DNA from: a virus
Lineage: Duplodnaviria > Caudoviricetes
DNA: 64,000 nt
Direction: 5' to 3' (one strand)
IMG/VR virus record: IMGVR_UViG_3300045391_005020
Part shown: positions 1-10,116 of the stretch, one piece after another
Numbering within the stretch: position 1 is the first letter of the stretch
Layout: every line of letters starts with the position of its first letter
Program-made: the position numbers and the translations under genes
Notes under the pieces: model-generated
Told to the model about the DNA's origin: nothing
The model's input: the letters and a program-made list of their open reading frames with translations, nothing else
The model's database searches: none

Positions 1-111
1 TCGCTAAAGGTTTGCTCGAGGGCTGTTTGGGCTGCTTCTGGCATCGTGGCTCCGGACTGAGAGCCATCATTTTCTTACAGCAAAGCCAGATAAGCAAGCC
101 CATTGGAGCGA

Positions 112-2016
112 TTAGGGCGTCCCGGGCGGCTTCTTTCCGTAGTGGCCGGTTTGAGCCAGGCTGTCGCCGAAGTTGACGCCGCGGGCCAGCGCCGGCACGA
201 ACGAGGTGCTGTTGGGGTCGGATTCGGCGCCACGCGCGACCGACTTCTGGAACGCACTGGTGGTGTAGAAGCCGGCCAGCTGGGTCTGCCAATCCGGATC
301 CTCGTGGACGCCCAGTAGGCCGCGCTGCATGTGCGGAGCAAACCCCGGTGCTTCCTCGTGGGTGTGGACGTCCTTGATTCCGTAGCGATGCAAGTGGTCC
401 GCGATCTTGCGGGTCACGCGAGTCCCGACCGTGTAATGGAGCGCTGGCTCTTCCAGGTAGCGCCCGATGGCCTGCTTTGGTGGCGCCAACGTCGCAGTTG
501 GGCGCGGCTTATACGCATGGGTGAGCTGGTTATGCGACACGACGTCGTCAACCACGTGGTCGCCGATTCCTTCGTGGTCGGTGACCTTCGCCCAATTCAT
601 GAGTCCGGCCACGACTGCTTCCAGGTTGCGCCGGTGCGTCGAAATACCGGAGTTGTCCAAGGCCTCCTTGAGGAGGTTGGTGTAGACCCGGCGGGCCTCG
701 CCGAGGCCGCGATGGTGCACGAGATCGATCGGGTGCGGGACGCCGTCCGTCAGGTCGTCGCCTTCGTCGACCGTGTCGCCCGGTTTGACCGTCGGGTTCA
801 GGCCGTCGTGCACGTACAGCTTGTGGTCACCAAGCTCGATGTAGTGGCCGCCCTGCGGGGCCTTCTCGACCGACTTGATCTGACCGGCCTGCGGGGCCAG
901 CGGGCCAGCTTCCGGGAATGACTCAGGAGCCTGAATGAGTCGGTTCAGGTATTCGAATCCGTTGCGGTTGATTTTCTCGGTACCGGTCACACCCGAGGTG
1001 TGCTTGGAATTGAGCATGCCCTGGCTGAGCTTCTCGCCGATCGACTGCGCCGCTGCGATCCCGATGTTGTCACCAATCTTGGAGAGGCCGAAGCGGTCGC
1101 GCCGACCGGCAGCGAAGCGGGAGATCCCGCCGTCCGGCGTCGATTCTGTCAGGGGCGAGTGGATCAGGATTTCGTCGACGCCTTTGCTGTCGAGGTCCTT
1201 GAGCATGTGTGAAGTGAGCGTCGTTCCGGCCGCGAGGACTTTGTCCGTGCCAGGAATCGTGATCGGCGCGGCCAAGACGGCGCCGGCGTTGTCACGGTCT
1301 TTCGGGTGCACCGGAAGCCCGACAGGAAGGCGAGTAGCGTCTGGAGCGTCCTTGGTGACGACGAGTCTGTGCGCCGCGTTGACGAGCTGCTTATTTAGAA
1401 ATCCCGCGTCGCCGACAGCGAACTTCGTGCCGATCATACCGCGACGCTGACCGTACAGACCCGCGAAATATTCGACCGGATCCAGGCCTTGCGCGTAACT
1501 ACGCCAAATCGGGACCGGGATGACTTTGCCGGTGTGGTCGCTGGTCAAGAGATCCGCGCCGCGTAGCGAGTTGTAGTCCGACTTCTTGCCGCGGGCTCCG
1601 CTGATGAGCTGCAAGTAGAATGGATTGTTTTCCTGCTTGGCCTCTTCGAACAACGCGTTCTGGAGATCCTGGCCGAGCGGCAGCAGGGTATTCACCACTG
1701 CGTCGTCTTTCTTGTCGGCCGGAATCCGATCGTCGTCGACGATCTGCTGAATCTTCTGCTTCGCCGCCGCGAGCAGCTTTTCCTTCGCGGGCGAAGTCCG
1801 GAGCGACTTCAGGTCCACCGATGTGCCTTCGTCCCACGCGCTCGAGCGCCCAATGTCGTTGAGCTTCTTCAGCACGTCCTTGTAGCGGTCCGGGTAGCGT
1901 TCTGCTACCTCGCGCATCAGCTCCTGCACACCCTTCGAATCAAGAACACGATCTTCGTTCCGGAGATCTTCCGGAAGCGCGTCGTTGAGCAGGAGTCGGC
2001 CAACGCTGGTATCCAT
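112..2016 (-). CDS. Phage RNA polymerase beta' C-terminal subunit (bridge helix/trigger loop half)
   Basis: GQRRGMIGTKFAVGDAGFLNKQLVNAAH resembles the RpoC bridge helix and AAQSIGEKLSQGMLNSKH the trigger loop. Likely start is MDTSVGRLLL at 2016 (ORF track extends to 2079). Confidence 0.9.
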   Translation of the reverse strand: MDTSVGRLLLNDALPEDLRNEDRVLDSKGVQELMREVAERYPDRYKDVLKKLNDIGRSSAWDEGTSVDLKSLRTSPAKEKLLAAAKQKIQQIVDDDRIPADKKDDAVVNTLLPLGQDLQNALFEEAKQENNPFYLQLISGARGKKSDYNSLRGADLLTSDHTGKVIPVPIWRSYAQGLDPVEYFAGLYGQRRGMIGTKFAVGDAGFLNKQLVNAAHRLVVTKDAPDATRLPVGLPVHPKDRDNAGAVLAAPITIPGTDKVLAAGTTLTSHMLKDLDSKGVDEILIHSPLTESTPDGGISRFAAGRRDRFGLSKIGDNIGIAAAQSIGEKLSQGMLNSKHTSGVTGTEKINRNGFEYLNRLIQAPESFPEAGPLAPQAGQIKSVEKAPQGGHYIELGDHKLYVHDGLNPTVKPGDTVDEGDDLTDGVPHPIDLVHHRGLGEARRVYTNLLKEALDNSGISTHRRNLEAVVAGLMNWAKVTDHEGIGDHVVDDVVSHNQLTHAYKPRPTATLAPPKQAIGRYLEEPALHYTVGTRVTRKIADHLHRYGIKDVHTHEEAPGFAPHMQRGLLGVHEDPDWQTQLAGFYTTSAFQKSVARGAESDPNSTSFVPALARGVNFGDSLAQTGHYGKKPPGTP

Positions 2017-2024
2017 CGCGGCCC

Positions 2025-2234
2025 TTACTGTTTGTTGATGATCTGAACCTGCGCGGCCGTGATTCCGAGCTCGCGGCACTGTTGCGCGAAATCTGGCTGA
2101 GCGGCATCGCTCGCAACGATCATCCGTTCATGCTCGTACGCGAGCGCGGCCGGAGTTCCGGCCTCGGTATAGACCACGACTTGGCTGACCGGGATCGTGT
2201 ACGCCCGGCCGTCTTTCACGAACCGGATGAACAT
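2025..2234 (-). CDS. Small hypothetical protein (69 aa)
   Basis: Compact ORF tightly packed between neighbouring genes in the RNAP operon. Confidence 0.6.
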   Translation of the reverse strand: MFIRFVKDGRAYTIPVSQVVVYTEAGTPAALAYEHERMIVASDAAQPDFAQQCRELGITAAQVQIINKQ

Positions 2235-2864
2235 TTACTCGCCTTTGAGAATGCGATTCAGAACTTCGGCAGCGGCGCCGAGTTTCAGTGGACCGCCTTG
2301 CGCGATCGCTGACATGTCGCCGGGCTGGCCCGAGACGGGGCCGGGCATCGAGGCCGGATCAACCGGCGCAGCCGCGGCTGCGCCGCCAGCGCCTGCCGGC
2401 GGCTGGTTCTTCTTGTTCTTTCCGACAGCGGTGAGGGTGCGTTCCACGATATCCATCACGACGCGAGCTTGACCGTGGTTCACGGCGGCGTTCGGGTCGA
2501 TCGGAGCTTCCGGCTCCGGAGCCGGCTGAGCCGCCTGAGCGGCAGCAGTGGGATCGATCGGTGCACCAGTCGAGGGGTCGATCGGGGCGCCTGCGGCCGG
2601 ATCGCTCGGGGCACCGGCGGACGGATCGGCCGGAGCCGCAGCGGCTGCGGGATCCGCCGGAGCTGCGCCGGCAGCGGCCGGATCACCAGCGAGTTGAGCC
2701 ATCGCGTCCATCGGGGCACCGCCGGCAGCAGCCGGATCTGCCGGAGCCGAGGGAGCGCCAGCCTGAGCGGGGCCGCCAACCGGCATACCGTCCGGACCAG
2801 CTTGCTGCTGATCGGGTTGGGCGGGGATGAAGGCGCGCTTGAGGAGACGTTCGTTGAAGCTCAT
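2235..2864 (-). CDS. Pro/Ala-rich low-complexity protein, possible virion protein
   Basis: 209 aa with repeated DPAA motifs. Sits between the two RNAP genes behind a promoter-like AT-rich gap. Confidence 0.65.
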   Translation of the reverse strand: MSFNERLLKRAFIPAQPDQQQAGPDGMPVGGPAQAGAPSAPADPAAAGGAPMDAMAQLAGDPAAAGAAPADPAAAAAPADPSAGAPSDPAAGAPIDPSTGAPIDPTAAAQAAQPAPEPEAPIDPNAAVNHGQARVVMDIVERTLTAVGKNKKNQPPAGAGGAAAAAPVDPASMPGPVSGQPGDMSAIAQGGPLKLGAAAEVLNRILKGE

Positions 2865-2906
2865 AACTCGTGATCTTAGACCGTAACAATAGACCTACAA
2901 GGTAGG

Positions 2907-5900
2907 TTACGGGTGTAAAATTTTGACTGGGTCGCGGACCGAGATCTCGCCGCGTTTGTAGGCCTTGAGGACATCTTCCTTGGTCGCGAACACCCTGGTC
3001 TGCCGGGCTTTGTCGGGCTGGCTAGCCAGGTACAGGCCGGCCAAGTATTCCTGGCTCGGCAACAGGTGGACGTCGAACGAGGCCGGGTGCAGCAAGTTCT
3101 TGGAGGGCAACAGCTTCTCTTTCGCCTCGTCGACGGCCTTGTCGGAAACCGGGAGGTGGACGTTGATGGCGTCGCCGTCGAAGTCGGCGTTCATGCCCTT
3201 CGTGACCGACTGCGAGATCGAGATGCTGGAGTCCTTATTGATCCGGGCGTGGCCGGCGACGTAGTTGAAACGGTGGAGCGACGGCGCGCGGTTGTAGATA
3301 ACCGGTCGGACCTTCATTTCGGCGTCCAGGTGGTGCTTCGCCGCGGGGGTGCGATCCCGAACGGCCTTCACGGCTTCGGCGGCCGGCGTGCCTTCACGAA
3401 CCAAGCGGCGGATCACGAACGGCCGGAACATCCGCCACGCCATATCTTCTGGGATCCCGACCTGGTCCATGTCGAGCTCGGGATCGATCGTGATGACCGA
3501 GCGACCAATGGTGTCGACCGAGTTACCCAGCACCTTGCGCTGGAACCGACTGTACTTGGGCGAATCCTTGACCCCGATCGCGAACCGGAGCATGCCGCGC
3601 ACGCCCTGTTCGGCCGTCTTGGGATTCACCGGATCCGTGAGGCCAGCGACCGCTTTGGCGGCGTTGTACATGGTCAGGTATTCGTCGCCGTTCTCGCCGA
3701 GTTCTTCACCGGCGCCCTGATAGTTCTTGGCTGACTCCATCAGGTCTTTGTAGAGGTAGTTGGCGTCGTGGATCATGTCGACCCCGCGGGCACGCATAAT
3801 CGGGCGATGCTTCGGAGGCAGGACCGCCATCTTGGAGATCATCAGGTCTTCCGGTTTTACCCCTTGGGTCTTGAGTCCCTGGAGGTACCCGAGACGCCGG
3901 ACCGCGTCATCGCGGTTTGACCGCGATGCAGTTCGGACCTGTTGCTTTGCGAGCTCGATCTCACGATCGACGTTGATGGTCTTGAGCGCGTCCTCGATCG
4001 CTTGCGGGCCCGACTTGCCATTGATCTGTTCTTTGCCAGCCAGGATCTGCTCGAACTTCTTGCCGGTGAGTCCGAGGATGCGCGTGATCGGCTCCTCAGC
4101 CATTGGGTTTGGGATCTTGGCTGGCAGCACGATCTTGCTGAAGCGTGTGCCTTCGGCGCCTCCGGTTTTTCCGAGATCGAACAGACCGCCTTCGACCGGC
4201 TTCATGGTGTTGAAGTCGAACGTGTCGGGCTTCGAGATCTCGTGTTGGGCCAGACGATCCACGTCGGCGTCGGTCATGAAGCCGAGCTGCTGACGACCGT
4301 CCGGCTTGTCCTTGATGTTGACGCCGGCCGAGCGGAGGAGATCGAGGAAGTGACCGTTGGCGAACGATTTACCCTGCTGGGCCGGTGTCTGACCTGTTTT
4401 GAGCTGGCGCCAGAAATCGTCGTTACGCTGACCGCGAACCAGTTTCGCATCCTTGAGGAACTCGGTGGCACCGGCGCTCAGAAGGGAGTGGATGTCGAGG
4501 AGCCCAATTCGCTTCGAACCGTCGGGGCCGCCGCGCGCCGGCGACTCGTCTGCCGAATAGCCGCCTGTGTCGCGTGCCGACATTTTCGACTCAGCAGTAT
4601 GGTGGAGCTTCAGGATGTACTGGTTGCCCGTGAAGACGTTCGGGATCCGGCGGCCGTTCCGCGGATCACGCAACGTTTCCGTCTCTTTGACGCCGTGTTT
4701 GTGGGCTTCATTCAGGGCGAAGTCCGCGAGCCCTTCGGGAGTCGAGAAGGACTTCAGGTTGTAGGGTTGTCCGCGCTTCTCGGCTATCTTGCCGAGCAAA
4801 GTGGTGACCAGGCTGGACGGATTAACGCGCGTGATAATACCAGTCGGGGCCATCAGGACGTCCATCGGGCGACCGTCCTCGTCGTGCGGCATCTGATCGT
4901 CCGGGATGATCTTCGAGACCACGCCCTTGTTACCGTACTGTCCGGAGAGCTTGGATCCGACCGACATTGGCTCGTACGATTTGACCGTGACCTTTACGCC
5001 TGAACGGGTACGGGCCACATCGGTCACCACGCCTGGCTGCGGGTGATCCCACACTTGGCTGATGTCCGTGTAGAGCGACTTCGGCCCGTTGGTGAGCGCG
5101 CCTTGTGCGCGGCCCTGACGTTTCCCGATCGCGACCATGACCGGATCGCCTGGATTTATAGTCTGACCGACTTGGACGGTGCCGCTTTCGTCGAGCTTGT
5201 CGTATTGAGCCTTCGAGAACCGATCGCCGTAGATCGCGCGGTAGTCGTTGGTCTTGGTCGAGTGGACTTCATCGCCGAGATCGAGCGAGTGCTTGTACTG
5301 ATGTTCGCTCGACAGCTTCTTCGCGGCCGATTCAGAGATAGCGACCGAGTCGTCGTAGGTCAGACCTTCGCCAGCCAGGTAAGCAACACGGAGATTTCGG
5401 CCAGGTGCCGCATGACCATTTCGATCAGTGAAGTTCGAGTGAGCCAGCAGCTGACCCGGCTGCACCACGTCGCCAGCCTGGACGACCGGTGTGTTGTGGA
5501 GCATGGTTTTGCGCGCGAGCGGGTAGTGGTTGTAGAGCTCATAATGCTTCTGCTGACCGCCCTCATGGAGGACGTCGATTCCATCCGGTGTCACCTTCAC
5601 GACGCGGCCCGGCGCTTCCGAGTGCACCGCGCCGGCGTGGCTGCCCATCTGCTGGTAGAACGATTTGCCTTCGTGGTCGAGCGGATGGACGAGCGGCGCC
5701 TCCGCATCTTTGAGAGGAAGCGCCTGAGTGGTCATACGCGCACCCATTAGGAGACGCTGTGATTTCACGCCTTCGAGGAGGGGGACCATGTTGGACGCGC
5801 GGCTAAACAGGTGGGTCGCATCCGGGAGTTCGTACTTCACCTTCGAGCGGTCGATGTACTGGATCTTGTGCCCGACCATCGCACGAACTTTGCGTTCGCC

Positions 5901-7313
5901 CTTTGCGAGCTCGCCCGGGAAAGCGATCGCGTGGTTCGCCATCTGGCGCGCCGACAGCGTCTCGAGTTTACCGGTCGCGGGATCGCGGAGCGTTGTGTAC
6001 AGCTGACCGTCTGAGCCCTTGAGGGCCGCGTCGGTAACGCGCATGTCGAGGCCGATGTTCGATGACTCCGGGGCGCGCACGCCATCGATGATGCCGAAGT
6101 AACTCGGCTGCACGCCTCGCGCGTCACGCGAGACAGATTGGGTGGAGCTGATTCCGCCCTCGCCCAGGCGCGTGATTGCCTGACGCTGATCGTAGGTCTC
6201 GAACGGGTTGATGTCTTCGACCGCCGAACTGAGTCCGGTGCGGTACAGTGCGTGTACATTCGGGGTCAGGATGCCGGAACGGAGCTTGTCGAGCTTGCCC
6301 GATTTCGCCGCACCCCAAAGGAGCTTGCGCATCTCGCCAGCCTGGTCGCGCTCGAGACGTTCACGGATCAGATCCTCGGCCGAGTGGACCGACTGGAACG
6401 CTTGCGAGTCGCGGTTGTCGCCCTCTTCCTGGTTGTTCGCGACGCGCAGAATTTTCTGCGTCGCCTTCGTGAGCGCGTCGAGTCCTGGGCGATCGTGCTG
6501 ACCGCCGAGCGTGAGCTCACTGACTTCCGGATCGATGCGGGCGCGGTCCAGAATGGTCTGCAGGGCTTTCGGGAGTTCGTGATCGGGAGCTTCGCGCTCA
6601 GCTTGGCGGCCGAGCTTCTGGACAACCTTGCGGAGATCCTGCTGATCGTGACCGCTGACTTCGCGCCAGTTCTGTTTGAACAGCTGTTCGCCCCAAGCCT
6701 GCTTGAGATCTTCGTCTTTGACCCCCAGCGCTTTCAGGAGTGGATACAGACGCGTCTTTGACTGTTCGACCTGGAGGTTGAACACACCAGTTTCGGGATC
6801 CAGGTTGACGCGGAATCCGCGACCAGTGCCGGGCTTCACGTTCACGTGCGCCTCGACGCCGCCATTCTGCTGACGCCGCACGTACACGCCCGGACGCAAC
6901 CGGGCCTGATTCCTGATCGAATAAGGAACACCGTTGTGAATGAAGAGACCGCGCGAGTTCAGGTGCGGCACGTGGGCCAGCACCGCGTTCTGTTCATCCA
7001 GGACCTGGTTGGTCTTGTTGTCGACGAGTCGGATCCGTCCCTTGATCGCGCGCTGGAGACGGCCGCCTTCCAGGAGAGCTTTCTTTTCGTCAGCACGAGT
7101 CGGATTGTAGTCGCCGTCGTAGTCGGCATTCACCAGTTCGATCCGGTGCGTGTCGTTCTGGATCGGAAAACGTGTTCGAACGCCCTCGAGGGCGTTGTCG
7201 TAGATGGCTTGGCGCTGGCCAGCGACGTCGTCAAAGCGACGAAGCGTGACGGGCTTAGGCGGCGTTACCGGCTTAGGCGCGGCGCCGGATAGGGCATCAA
7301 GAAAGTCGGCCAT
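2907..7313 (-). CDS. Phage RNA polymerase, fused beta + N-terminal beta' (catalytic) subunit
   Basis: RpoB motifs GSKLSGQYGNKGVVSKI and LKLHHTAESKMSAR. RpoC motifs follow: KPVEGGLFD, VLPPKHRP, LGNSVDTIGRSVI, NRAPSLHR and the catalytic NADFDGD. Confidence 0.95.
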   Translation of the reverse strand: MADFLDALSGAAPKPVTPPKPVTLRRFDDVAGQRQAIYDNALEGVRTRFPIQNDTHRIELVNADYDGDYNPTRADEKKALLEGGRLQRAIKGRIRLVDNKTNQVLDEQNAVLAHVPHLNSRGLFIHNGVPYSIRNQARLRPGVYVRRQQNGGVEAHVNVKPGTGRGFRVNLDPETGVFNLQVEQSKTRLYPLLKALGVKDEDLKQAWGEQLFKQNWREVSGHDQQDLRKVVQKLGRQAEREAPDHELPKALQTILDRARIDPEVSELTLGGQHDRPGLDALTKATQKILRVANNQEEGDNRDSQAFQSVHSAEDLIRERLERDQAGEMRKLLWGAAKSGKLDKLRSGILTPNVHALYRTGLSSAVEDINPFETYDQRQAITRLGEGGISSTQSVSRDARGVQPSYFGIIDGVRAPESSNIGLDMRVTDAALKGSDGQLYTTLRDPATGKLETLSARQMANHAIAFPGELAKGERKVRAMVGHKIQYIDRSKVKYELPDATHLFSRASNMVPLLEGVKSQRLLMGARMTTQALPLKDAEAPLVHPLDHEGKSFYQQMGSHAGAVHSEAPGRVVKVTPDGIDVLHEGGQQKHYELYNHYPLARKTMLHNTPVVQAGDVVQPGQLLAHSNFTDRNGHAAPGRNLRVAYLAGEGLTYDDSVAISESAAKKLSSEHQYKHSLDLGDEVHSTKTNDYRAIYGDRFSKAQYDKLDESGTVQVGQTINPGDPVMVAIGKRQGRAQGALTNGPKSLYTDISQVWDHPQPGVVTDVARTRSGVKVTVKSYEPMSVGSKLSGQYGNKGVVSKIIPDDQMPHDEDGRPMDVLMAPTGIITRVNPSSLVTTLLGKIAEKRGQPYNLKSFSTPEGLADFALNEAHKHGVKETETLRDPRNGRRIPNVFTGNQYILKLHHTAESKMSARDTGGYSADESPARGGPDGSKRIGLLDIHSLLSAGATEFLKDAKLVRGQRNDDFWRQLKTGQTPAQQGKSFANGHFLDLLRSAGVNIKDKPDGRQQLGFMTDADVDRLAQHEISKPDTFDFNTMKPVEGGLFDLGKTGGAEGTRFSKIVLPAKIPNPMAEEPITRILGLTGKKFEQILAGKEQINGKSGPQAIEDALKTINVDREIELAKQQVRTASRSNRDDAVRRLGYLQGLKTQGVKPEDLMISKMAVLPPKHRPIMRARGVDMIHDANYLYKDLMESAKNYQGAGEELGENGDEYLTMYNAAKAVAGLTDPVNPKTAEQGVRGMLRFAIGVKDSPKYSRFQRKVLGNSVDTIGRSVITIDPELDMDQVGIPEDMAWRMFRPFVIRRLVREGTPAAEAVKAVRDRTPAAKHHLDAEMKVRPVIYNRAPSLHRFNYVAGHARINKDSSISISQSVTKGMNADFDGDAINVHLPVSDKAVDEAKEKLLPSKNLLHPASFDVHLLPSQEYLAGLYLASQPDKARQTRVFATKEDVLKAYKRGEISVRDPVKILHP

Positions 7314-8202
7314 CGAGCCGAGCTTTCAGGTTCGCCCCCAGGGCGGCAGCTTTCGCGAGTGGCTGGGCCGCGGCGATGGGATCCGGTTCAGTCGGCTTTG
7401 GGGCGACCGGTTTGTCGACCACGATCGGTTCGAGTTCCGCATCGGCCGGTTGGACCGCGCGGTTGTTGTAGAACTTCTTGATCGCAGTGGCGGCCTGGCG
7501 GTATTTGTTAGCCTTGTCCGACTTCCGGTATGCACGAATCGCCATGATGGTGCCGAGTAGCGCGACCGGAATTCCGATCGGGGCAATCATGTTGGTGCCG
7601 GCTTCTAGCGCGCCCTTGGCGGCGTCGCCAACCGCATTCCGGAGACCCATGCCGGCGTTCGTGAGAGTACGGTTGATTGGACCCAGGATCGAATCTCCGA
7701 GTCCGGCGTTCTTCGCGAAGTAATGATCTTCAGCGGCCTTCATTTGCGCGTGGAGCGCGATGTCAGTCATGTCCGGCTTGTCGCTCAGGAGTTTCTGGAC
7801 GCGATTGCGCGCGTGATCCAAACGCTTCTTTGCCAGTTCGCGGCGCTGATTGTCGAAGTAGGCGTCGAGACCCTTCCAGCCCGCGTACGCGCCGCCAGCC
7901 AAGAGTCCGCCCGTCAGGATGTTGTCCATTAGACCCGTGATGGCAGCGGCCTTCACGTGTCGAACCTTTTGGCCCTGGGCTTCGAGCTGCGCAGCTTCCT
8001 CGGGCGAGAGTTCGACCGGCATCTTGACGCTCGGACGTTCGATCTTCGGGAGATCGACAGGCGGACGGTAGTCCTTGCCCTTCGCAAGCTCGATGAGGCG
8101 CTTGACCGCGCGGGTGCCGATTCCGGCCCCGACCCCCAACAGACCGGCGCCGAGGATGTCGCCTCGGTCCATGTTGAAAAAGTCTGCGGTCTTCTGGGTC
8201 AT
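7297..8202 (-). CDS. Gly-rich hydrophobic-segment protein, putative internal virion protein
   Basis: Three Gly/Ala-rich hydrophobic helices and repeated K-x-A motifs. Confidence 0.55.
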   Translation of the reverse strand: MTQKTADFFNMDRGDILGAGLLGVGAGIGTRAVKRLIELAKGKDYRPPVDLPKIERPSVKMPVELSPEEAAQLEAQGQKVRHVKAAAITGLMDNILTGGLLAGGAYAGWKGLDAYFDNQRRELAKKRLDHARNRVQKLLSDKPDMTDIALHAQMKAAEDHYFAKNAGLGDSILGPINRTLTNAGMGLRNAVGDAAKGALEAGTNMIAPIGIPVALLGTIMAIRAYRKSDKANKYRQAATAIKKFYNNRAVQPADAELEPIVVDKPVAPKPTEPDPIAAAQPLAKAAALGANLKARLDGRLS

Positions 8203-8519
8203 TGCTCTACTTTATAACTCTTGGTCGCCCATCGCAATAAAGTGACATAGCGGTTATTTTTGGAGTCCCAGTCCGGGCCGTTCTTCTCGCAGAACACCGC
8301 GGAGCCGTCGCAGATCTGCTGCCAAACCGCCTCGCATTCCTTCATCTGCTTCTCGTCCGAGAGGTCGAACAGGCGGTAGTGGGCCGTCCAGATCTCCTGC
8401 GGCTTCTTGCTCTTGGGATCGTTCGGGTGGATCAGCGGTATTTCGGGACCGTTGATCTCGACCAGCTTGGGAGCCTGGTACCGGACCGTTTCCATCTTGT
8501 CGGGAATCTTGACCTGCAT
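8199..8519 (-). CDS. Hypothetical protein (106 aa)
   Basis: Stop overlaps the next start (ATGA-type coupling). Confidence 0.6.
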   Translation of the reverse strand: MQVKIPDKMETVRYQAPKLVEINGPEIPLIHPNDPKSKKPQEIWTAHYRLFDLSDEKQMKECEAVWQQICDGSAVFCEKNGPDWDSKNNRYVTLLRWATKSYKVEQ

Positions 8520-8545
8520 GTTGGAATTACCTGCGTGGAGAACGG

Positions 8546-9205
8546 TTAGGCTTTGAGACGACGCTTATCCAGGATCAATTTGAGAGCGCGGGCGCGGCGC
8601 TGGGATTCGAGGCGATCGCCGGCCTGTTCGAGCTCGCGCTGCTCGAGCAGCATGTTGGTCACATCTTGGTCAGTCTGGTCCATGCCAGCCATCTGGTTCG
8701 CCAGCACGCCGGTGTTGGTCGCCAGGGTGTTGCCGAGGCCGATGCCGGCGTTGATCGGGGCACCGATGACGTCGTGGAGGTTGGCGACCAGGGTCGCCTT
8801 TTTGGAGAACAGGCCCTTCTGGACCGCGCCCTTGGCGAAGCCGTACCGGAACGCGTCGCGACGCTCCTGCTCTGTGTTGTCGCTGCCAGACTTACGCATC
8901 TCGAGTACTCCCGTGTTCATCAAGGTTCCCAAGCCCATTCCGAGGTTCCGGAACGTGGACAGGGTGCCCTGACTCACACCAAACATTTTGCCCATCAGGG
9001 TGCCGACCCCATAGCCGATTCCGGCCCCGACCGCGCCTTTGACCACATCAGCGAGACCGATGGTGCGCTTGTCGGGTGTGTTCGCCTCGTTCTGGAGGGC
9101 GGACATCGCCTTCGCCTTCCCCCACAGACTGAGGGACGGGTCGGCCATGATGTCCTTCTCAGCTTTCTGGAGCGAGAAGCGCGCGACTGCGGAATCGATG
9201 CTCAT
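8546..9205 (-). CDS. Gly-rich putative virion protein
   Basis: 219 aa with GAGIGYGVG hydrophobic segments, coupled to the upstream gene. Confidence 0.55.
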   Translation of the reverse strand: MSIDSAVARFSLQKAEKDIMADPSLSLWGKAKAMSALQNEANTPDKRTIGLADVVKGAVGAGIGYGVGTLMGKMFGVSQGTLSTFRNLGMGLGTLMNTGVLEMRKSGSDNTEQERRDAFRYGFAKGAVQKGLFSKKATLVANLHDVIGAPINAGIGLGNTLATNTGVLANQMAGMDQTDQDVTNMLLEQRELEQAGDRLESQRRARALKLILDKRRLKA

Positions 9206-10116
9206 TGAAGTTTACTCTGCACCCAACCCCAGGCGGTATTGAGCGGATCAGTATAGCCATTGGTCGGCGCTGCGGCCGGAGCGGGCTGGGCCGCCGGGGC
9301 GGGCTGAGCTCCCGGCATCTGGATCCCGAAATGTCCGAGCACGGCCGCGGTTGGGTTCTCGTTGAACTTCTGGACCGCGGCGTCGCCGAATTGCTTCTTG
9401 AGGTCAACGAATCCGCTCGAGCCCACCATCTGGAGTCCCGAAAGGACTGGCGCCCATTTCTTGTCTTCCTCGGGTGACGTCTTTCCTGCGCTGTAACGAG
9501 GAAGGAACTCGGAAAATTCCGGGCTCTTGGCAGCGCTGATGAGCTCGTACGCCTGCTTGCCGCCAAACGCGGTGGCGAGCAACCCGACAATCTGGCCGAG
9601 CCGGTTTCCGGATAGCATGCCGATGATCCCGAGCGGAATCATCAGGAGCGACGGATTGCCCTTCAGCATGTCCATGAATCCGCCGGCACCCTGTTCCTTC
9701 ATGCGTTTCATCGCATCGTCGTGAACTTGCTCACCCTTCTTGCGGGCTTGCTGCTGGAGCCAGTTTTCCTGAGCCGGTTGTTCGGGCTTCGGGGCTTGTT
9801 CCGGTTTCGTGGTCAGATCCGGTTTCGGAGCTTCGCCGGTCGGAGCCGGAGCCGGGGGCTTCTGGGGAGCCGGAGCGGGGGCCGGCGCCGGTGCGGCTGT
9901 GTTCGGAGTTGCCGCCGCTGTGTTCGGAGTTGCCGCCGCTGTGTTCGGAGCTGGGGGCGGAGTGTTCGGAGTTGTTGCCTGCGGCTTGATCGGCTGGACG
10001 GTCACCGGCGACGGAGTCGTGGGCGCGGGTGGCGTCAGGATGGGGCCGTCCTTCGCAACCTTGGTCTGACCACGGGCGCGCTGGAGGGCTTCGATTGCGA
10101 GGTTACGGGTGGACAT
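9202..10116 (-). CDS. Pro-rich protein with hydrophobic hairpin, putative virion protein
   Basis: PNTAAAT repeats, PAPAP tract and two hydrophobic segments. Confidence 0.55.
   Translation of the reverse strand: MSTRNLAIEALQRARGQTKVAKDGPILTPPAPTTPSPVTVQPIKPQATTPNTPPPAPNTAAATPNTAAATPNTAAPAPAPAPAPQKPPAPAPTGEAPKPDLTTKPEQAPKPEQPAQENWLQQQARKKGEQVHDDAMKRMKEQGAGGFMDMLKGNPSLLMIPLGIIGMLSGNRLGQIVGLLATAFGGKQAYELISAAKSPEFSEFLPRYSAGKTSPEEDKKWAPVLSGLQMVGSSGFVDLKKQFGDAAVQKFNENPTAAVLGHFGIQMPGAQPAPAAQPAPAAAPTNGYTDPLNTAWGWVQSKLQ
9893..9950. repeat. 21-bp coding tandem repeat (PNTAAAT)
   Basis: gccgctgtgttcggagttgcc unit, about 2.7 copies. Confidence 0.8.

Noticed and set aside
112-7313. Host chromosomal rpoBC operon
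   Set aside because: There are no ribosomal protein neighbours, the split is non-standard, the Zn ligands are lost and the flanking genes are phage structural genes.
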